A stretch of DNA of 64,000 nt from Macrostomum lignano (lineage: Eukaryota), in NCBI GenBank assembly GCA_002269645.1, contig NIVC01000195.1, positions 248,001 to 312,000 on the forward strand, given 5' to 3'. Position numbers and translations under genes: made by a program. Shown one piece after another: positions 57,301 through 64,000 of this stretch (position 1 is the stretch's first letter; every line of letters starts with the position of its first letter). The notes below the pieces were generated by a model. The model saw nothing but the letters and a program-made list of their open reading frames with translations. It was not told where the DNA came from and made no database searches.

Positions 57301-60300
57301 ATTGACATGCGATACATTAGCCTAGCAACGGTCTGTTTACATTAGGTACCGTCACGCCCCGTCACTTGCCAGGCACTGCATGTGCGTCTTGTGCGACTTC
57401 ACCTGCGACCGCTTTCTGGGCATGCTGAACCACCTGTACCTGTTCCACCCCGACCAGCCCGCGAGGCTGCGGGCAGCCGGCCAGTACTGCCTCGTGCCGC
57501 AGTCTTTCTGGCGGCCTGAGCAGTGCTGCTTCCTCTGTCCCCACTGCGGCTTTGAGGCTGAGCGCGGCCTCGGAATCCGGCATCACCTGAAAGACTGCGG
57601 TCCCGTGTTCGCCATCAAACAGTGCATGCTGTGCAACTTCAGCGTTGATAACGTCAAGTCTTTCCTGGGCCACTTGCAGACGTCGCACGGGACCGCACCG
57701 AGGCGCCAGCAGCTGCAGCCGAGGCGGCACGAGACCCTCTCTGCCGTGGAGATTGCCAGGTTCGGGCTCGGGCGGGCCAGTGGGTCAGGACGGGCAATGG
57801 GTCAAGCAGAGGTTTTCTGTCGGAATGGGTCAAGCAGAGGTTTTCTGTCGGAATGGGTCAAGCAGAGGTTTTCTGTCGGAATGGGTCAAGCAGAGGTTTT
57901 CTGTCGGAATGGGTCAAGCAGAGGTTTTCTGTCGGAATGGGTCAAGCAGAGGTTTTCTGTCGGAATGGGTCAAGCAGAGGTTTTCTGTCGGAATGGGTCA
58001 AGCAGAGGTTTTCTGTCGGAATGGGTCAAGCAGAGGTTTTCTGTCTGGGCATGGGTCAAGCAGAGGTGCTCTTTCTGGGGATGGGTCAAGCAGAGTTGCT
58101 CTCTCTGGGGGTGGGTCAAGCAGAGGTGCTCTCTCTGGGGATGGGTCAAGCAGAGGTGCTCTCTCTGGGCATGGGTCAAGCAGAGGTGCTCTTTCTGGGG
58201 GTGGGTCAAGCAGAGGTGCTCTCTCTGGGCATGGGTCAAGCAGAGGTGCTCTTTCTGGGGATGGGTCAAGCAGAGTTGCTCTCTCTGGGGGTGGGTCAAG
58301 CAGAGGTGCTCTCTCTGGGCATGGGTCAAGCAGAGGTGCTCTTTCTGGGAAAGGGTCAAAGACTATTTCGGAATTCAATACGCACCTGGCCAGCAGTCCA
58401 CAGATTCTGTTAATTACAACTGAACAACCCGGATTGAACCACGCAGATCCAAGGACAGCGAGTTCATCTGTCGGGTCTGCAAGGTGCGGTCGCCCTACCT
58501 GAGCCTAATTGAGGCCCACCTGCAGACTCACCGCTTCCAGCTGCTGGTGAAGTGCGCCGCCTGCAGCCAGCTGGTTGAGCGCGACTGGCACATCATCAAC
58601 CGGCACTACCAGGCCGAGCACCCAGGCGCCGCCCCGGAGGACCACGCCTACATTGAGACCCCTAGTCACGTGATCCTGCACTCTACGGGCAACTACATTT
58701 GCCCCTACTGCGACTTCGTCAACTCCAGCGTGTGCGAGTTCAACGCCCACGCCTGCCCAAAGCTGCGCCGCCTCGTGCCCGCGCCGACCGAGGAAACCAA
58801 GTGCACCGTGTGCGGGGTCGGTTTCAGCACCACCATCACCCAGGTGAGTTCTTGTGTGTCTTGCCTGCCTGCCAGAGTCAGAGAGCCGACAGGCATTAAA
58901 GCCTTTATGAGGCTGGGAAAAAGCCGAGGAGCAGGGTGGCAATGGCAGGGGCAGCCGGGTGGCAATGGCAGGGGCAGCAGGGTGGCAATGGCAGGGGCAG
59001 CCGGGTGGCAATGGCAAGGGCAGCAGGGTGGCAATGGCAGGGGCAGCCGGGTGGCAATGGCAGGGGCAGCCGGGTGGCAATGGCAGGGGCAGCCGGGTGG
59101 CAATGGCAAGGGCAGCAGGGTGGCAATGGCAGGGGCAGCCGGGTGGCAATGGCAAGGGCAGCAGGGTGGCAATGGCAGGGGCAGCCGGGTGGCAATGGCA
59201 AGGGCAGCAGGGTGGCAATGGCAGGGGCAGCAGGGTGGCAATGGCAGGGGCAGCAGGGTGGCAATGGCAGGGGCAGCAGGGTGGCAATGGCAGGGGCAGC
59301 CGGGTGGCAATGGCAAGGGCAGCAGGGTGGCAATGGCAGGGGCAGCAGGGTGGCAATGGCAGGGGCAGCAGGGTGGCAATGGCAGAGGCAGCAGGGTGGC
59401 AATGGCAGAGGCAGCAGGGTGGGGGAATAGGTGGTTCGATTGAAAGGGCAAGCCGCAGACAACTCCTGGGAGCCCTCATCCGTAGCTGCAACTCATCACT
59501 ACTGTACTGATATTCCCACTTTCAAGCTGCCCGACCCTGCCGCCCCACAGGAGGCCATTCACTCGCACCTAGTGAACTTTCACCGCGTCTGCCCGGTGTG
59601 TGCCCGCGTGGAGAACACGGAGCCCGGCGACCCGCGCGACCCCGGCCGCAACTGCGGCTACTGCGAGCAGCTGCTCCACCTGGCCAAGAATGTCAGCGAC
59701 GCGTCCGCCTGCTACTCGGACAAGGAGGTGGCCGCCTTCATGCAGGCCAAGCACCACTCCCTGCAGCTCGTGCCCACCCAGCATCTGCACCTGCCCAATG
59801 GCGCCATGCAGAGGCAGGCCTCCACCGATCTGTTCCGCCCCTCCCGCTGCAACTGGCAGTGCCGCCTCTGCGACACCTCGTTTCCCGACATCGACTCCTT
59901 CTCCAAGCTGTTCGCCCTGTCCAACCACCTGCTGAAGAAGCACCGCCTGGTGCCCCTGTTCGCCTGCCCCAAGTGCTGTCACCGCTTCTCCTCCGAGGTG
60001 CTCACCACCACCCACATCCAGCGCAGCCACCCGGGCAAGCATGTGGTCCCGGTGTTCCTGGTTGAGGAGTCCAACTTCTTCCGGCCCGTCAGCGTCACCA
60101 CGGTGTTCGCCTCCGACGGCAGCGTGGTGGACGTGTGCCGGCCGCCCAACCTGGGCCAGACCCTGCACAACCGGTACAAGACGCAGCAGGTGAGAGTGCA
60201 GTTCCGGTTTCCTCATAAAGACTTACTGTGATTAGGAAGGCCGGTCATTCCGTTGGCTTTCCGCCCCACCCCTCTCCTTCGGCAGGACCCCGCTGCCGCC

Positions 60301-60822
60301 AGCGGCCTGTCGTCCACACCCAGCAGCAGCGGCAGCGCCGGCCGCCTGCGGGAAATCGCTGCCCGGCCCTCTGCGCCAGTCCGGACTGACAGCCAGGAGT
60401 TGCGCTACCATTGCGCCAAGTGCCGGCGCAAGACCTACTCGGTGTTCAACGTGGAGTACCACGTGAAGGACAGCCACCCAGAGGCGCTTGCCTACCGCTG
60501 CCCCATCGCTGGATGCGGCCGCCGCTTCACAGACAGTGAGTATCGCCGACACCTGGACTTCTCCTACGGTGTGCACTCCCAGAGGGAGCTCGAGGCCGCC
60601 TCCGCCGCCCACTTGGCCGATGCGAACCGGAAACGCTTCGTCTGCGGCATCTGCTGGCAGTTCACCGGCGACTCCGTGCTGGTTGTGCTGCTGCACAGCG
60701 AGGCCCTGCACCAGCAGCGATTCGCCCACGTCCGCTGTCCTGTCTGCGAGTTCCTCATCTGCGCCGGCTGCTCATCGCTGCAAGCTCACCTGCATAGCGA
60801 GCACCCCACTCTGCTACCGCTG
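54321..60822 (+). CDS. Large multi-C2H2 zinc-finger protein (1100 codons in window, 3' end outside or interrupted)
   Basis: Exons 54321-54462, 54647-55355, 56055-56291, 57054-57278, 57346-57759, 58447-58843, 59551-60189, 60286-60822; phases 1,2,2,2,2,0,0 all join in frame (3300 nt). Basic/acidic low-complexity N-terminus, then more than 12 dispersed C-x2-C...H-x3/4-H motifs without TGEKP linkers; one finger is split across the 58843/59551 junction. Ends at donor GTGAGT 60823. Confidence 0.8.
56385..57025. repeat. ~28-33-bp intronic minisatellite (CAATATCAGGCCGCAGCCCAGTCCCCCC)
   Basis: Variable poly-C length; in ZnF intron 3. Confidence 0.88.
57797..58358. repeat. Two-block intronic minisatellite: 28-bp units then 30-bp units sharing GGGTCAAGCAGAG
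   Basis: GGGTCAAGCAGAGGTTTTCTGTCGGAAT x~9, then GGGTCAAGCAGAGGTGCTCTCTCTGGGCAT x~10. Confidence 0.9.
58930..59420. repeat. 23-bp intronic minisatellite (GGGTGGCAATGGCAGGGGCAGCC), ~21 copies
   Basis: In ZnF intron 6. Confidence 0.9.
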
Positions 60823-60837
60823 GTGAGTTTGGGGTTG

Positions 60838-61162
60838 CAGTGGCTGGTGGCCTGGATCGGAGCCTTGATTAGAGGGCATTGATAGGAATTGCTAGTGGCC
60901 TGGATCGGAGGGCGTGGATAGGAATTGCTAGTGGGCTGGATCGGAGGGCGTGGATAGGAATTGCTAGTGGCCTGGATCGGAGGGCGTGGATAGGAATTGC
61001 TAGTGGCCTGAATCGGAGGGCGTGGATAGGAATTGCTAGTGGCCTGGATCGGAGGGCGTTGATAGGAATTGCTAGTGGCCTGGATCGGAGGGCGTGGATG
61101 CAGGCCAAGCACCACTAGTGCTAGTGGTGCTAGGGATTGCTAGTGGCCTGGATCGGAGCCTT
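60838..61162. repeat. 36-bp minisatellite (TGCTAGTGGCCTGGATCGGAGGGCGTGGATAGGAAT) abutting the Gypsy LTR
   Basis: About 7 copies after donor 60823. Confidence 0.85.
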
Positions 61163-64000
61163 TGTAGGGTTGCGTTTGGTTTGGGCCGTCGGGGTGGGGG
61201 CTGCTCTATTAGTATATGTACTTGCATCTCGCTTTCTTCTCTGTACATGCCCACCACCCCAGTTGGGTGAGTCACTTTAATCGATCTATCATCGCTGACT
61301 ATTTAATCGCTCGTAAATTATAGTGCATCAAAATATACTTCGTAAACTTACTCTAAATTCTCGGCTCTTACATTGGTGGCAGCGAGAACCCAGTGCAAGT
61401 GCACTCATGGCCCAGAACACCCTTCTACCGCCAAAGTTCAGTGGAACAGACGGCACTGACGTGAGAAAGTGGCTGCGCATCTTTGAGGAATTCGCCAACG
61501 ATGCGAAATGGGACGACGCGACCTCAGCGTCGAAGGTGAAGCTGCTGCTCACGGGAGAAGCCCAACTTGTCGTCTGGGACCTGGCCGAGACAAGACAAAA
61601 GAGTTTTAAAAGTATAAAGGAGGACCTCACAAAGTTTTATGGAGGCGAAGCCGACAGCTTTAAGGCCATGAGCGACTTCCACGCGAAAAAACGTGGAGAT
61701 GCCGAGACACTGCGTGAGCTCTGCTTTAACCTGAAGCTGCTACACCAGAAAGCCAGACCGGAGGACTCAATTGCTCAGCGAGACTCAGATGTGCGCTTCA
61801 AGCTTCTGCAGCTGCTCAAGGCCGACATTCGTGACAACCTGCTTAAGGCAGAGGACGCAGAGACCTGCAGCCTGGAGACTCTGCTGCAGCGGGCGGCTCG
61901 GCTGGAGGAGCTGGCTGGGCGACAGTCGGTGGCGGCAGTCGGAGCCGTCAGCGCTACATCATCGGCAGAACCAAGCGAGGACCGCCTGGACCGACTGGAG
62001 AAACGCATGGAGGAGCTCATCGCGAGGGTCAGCGTACAGTCGGGTACCGACACTCGGCGTCGCCGTCAACAGCGAGGAGGCGGCTGCTTCAACTGCGGCC
62101 AGCTCGGACACCGTGCAGCGCAATGTCAGCAGCGAGAGAAACAGCCGGGTCCGATCATCTGCCACAAGTGCTCTGGGCGGGGCACAAGGCCTCTGTCTGC
62201 CCATCGAAGGCTCCGGGAAACTTTTAAGGGTTGGTGCAACGGGTGCGGGACCCACACCAACCCAAGGAGCAATCCCGTGCTTCATGCTATTTTTATACCT
62301 GGAGAGGCAAACGGCAAGCCGTGCCGCTGGCTGCTGGACACCGGAGCGCAGACCTCGCTGATCAGCGACGTTGCTTTGAGAGAGCTGGACGGTCGCTGCG
62401 AGCTGAAGCCGGCAGATGTCAGGCCTGTGTCCGTGGACGGCTCCGTTCTCGAGCTGTTAGGAAGCGTGAGCATTACGGTGCGACTCAGTCATCAGCTGCG
62501 CAGACAAATGGACGTTCTGGTGGTCAGAGGGATTCGCCCAAACTTCATCCTGGGGATGGATTTCGTGAGCAAAGCGGCCAGATCGCAGTTCAGCATTGAC
62601 CAGGGTGCCAAGACAGTCACATTCGATGGTGAGGCGGTTCCGTTCAGTAACTGCGATTCCAAGCAAGATGGCCCGCTGTCTTGTTGCTTGGTTCCCACAG
62701 TGATCATCGCCAGAGTTCAGGGCGCCGTCGTGGTACCGCCAAGGTCAGTTAAAGTGGTGGACGTGACGACCGAGACCAAGCAGGCACATGGCATCTTCGA
62801 GCCGTCACAGGACTTCATCGACAGAATCGGAGTGCTGCCCGGCCGCGTGTTCGCGGTGTCTTCAGAGAGCGGCAAGATTCCGGTTCAGGTGTGCAACCTC
62901 AGCTGCAGCCCGGTCACGCTGTTCTCCAACCAGAGCATCGGCACCTTCGAGAGCGCGGAGGTTATCGACGAGGACGAGGACGTGCACGAGTGGCGAGGCC
63001 CCGCAGACCAGTTCAACATCAATCCGGAGCTGCCGGAGGAGGACAACACGGCGTCATCGAGCCCTCCACCAGCCCGTGGGCGAGCAACCTGAAAAATCGT
63101 CAGAAAGAAGAATAATGACATCCGAGTCTGTGTAGACTGGCGGGCGCTGAACAACCTCACAGTGAAGGACGCCCACCCGCTGCCGCATTTGCACCAAGCG
63201 CTCGACTCCTTGGCTGGCTGCTCATGGTTCTCTACGATCGACATGCGCCAAGGCTTCCTTCAGGTGGAGGTCAGAGAGGAGGATCGGCCGTTGACAGCGT
63301 TCTACACTCCGAGCGGCCTGATGCAATTCCGCAAAATGGGATTCGGCATGTGCAACGCGCCTGCGACGTACCAGCGAATGATGGAGCTCATCATGACCGG
63401 CCTGAGCTGGGAGGAGGTCATCGCGTACATTGATGACCTGATCATCTTCAACAGGGACTTTGAGAACCACGTTCAGTCACTGTCCAAGGTGCTGCATCGA
63501 CTGCGGTCTGCCAAGCTAAAGCTGAACCCAGGCAAGAGCTTCTTTGCCTACCGGAGCGTCACGTACCTGGGTCACCAAGTCTCTGAGAGCGGCATCGCAC
63601 CTGCCGCGGAGAAGGTCGAGGCGATCAGGCGGATGCCGGAGCCGCAGTCTGAGGAGGATGTTCGACGCATCATCGGCATGCTCAGCTTCTACCGCAGGTT
63701 CGTGCCCAACTTCTCTGACATTGCCAAACCGCTGCATCACCTGGCTCAGAAAGGCGCGGGCGGCGGCTTCGTGTGGACGTCAGAGCATGCTGCGGTGCTG
63801 AACAAGTTGAAGGACGCGCTGACCCAGGCCCCGGTGCTCCAGCTGCCCGACTTCAGCCGGCCTATCGTCATCAGCTGTGACAGCAGTGCTGTGGCCTTGG
63901 GTGCGGTGCTCAGCCAGGAGCGCGACGGCCAGGAGCTGCCAGTGGCCTACGCTTCCCGGACGCTGAGCAAGGCAGAGCGCAACTACAGCACCACGGACCG
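61163..64000 (+). mobile_element. Ty3/Gypsy LTR retrotransposon (5' LTR, PBS, gag, protease, RT, start of RNase H), defective, runs off the window
   Basis: LTR TGTAG...TTACA 61163-61372; PBS TGGTGGCAGCG 61374-61384; gag ATG 61407; CCHC knuckle CFNCGQLGHRAAQC; protease LLDTGA; RT IEPSTSPWAS, DAHPLP, FGMCNAPATYQR, YIDDL, YLGH; RNase H CDSS...LGAVLSQ...VAYASRTLSKAERNYS. Frameshifts near 62182 and 63092, and a deletion before the RT. Confidence 0.93.
61374..61384 (+). promoter_or_regulatory. Primer binding site complementary to the tRNA-Leu(AAG/TAG) 3' end
   Basis: TGGTGGCAGCG, 1 nt after the LTR-terminal CA; complementary to ...CGCTGCCA-CCA. Confidence 0.75.

Noticed and set aside
56329-59510. 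Pro/Gln-rich, GQAEV and WQWQG repeat ORFs
   Set aside because: Intronic minisatellites; flanking exons join in frame without them.

Overview
Eukaryotic (metazoan) genomic DNA: GC-rich spliced exons, AT-rich intergenic DNA, and introns packed with unrelated mini/microsatellites. The style resembles the flatworm Macrostomum (inference only). Genes reconstructed by hand from GT-AG junctions with consistent phases: a TMEM272-like gene with one in-frame TAA (4.5 kb, +); an intronless vWA protein whose C-terminal domain resembles the plant ET-type GIY-YIG-like fold and which has no in-frame ATG before the MIDAS motif (5.8-7.3 kb, +); a PMP22/claudin-family gene with two alternative TM1+ECL1 modules feeding shared TM2-TM4 exons (10.8-19.5 kb, +); a 1369-aa protein with six dsRNA-binding-type zinc fingers fused to a Dicer/RIG-I-like helicase, lacking RNase III, CARD and RLR-CTD (23.1-29.0 kb, -); an intact 8-exon GCP2 (30.2-36.2 kb, -); an orphan Gln/Gly/Cys ORF (45.8-46.6 kb, -); and a large multi-C2H2 zinc-finger gene (54.3 kb onward, +) interrupted by a defective Gypsy element. 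Mobile DNA: a foldback-type element with a 9-bp TSD, three MITEs with 8-bp TSDs (one carrying a diverged 28S rRNA fragment spanning the R2/I-PpoI target), a decayed RTE-like LINE, a second LINE fragment and an LTR+PBS remnant. No tRNA genes, functional rRNA genes or CRISPR arrays were seen. All family assignments rest on motif recognition, not database searches.
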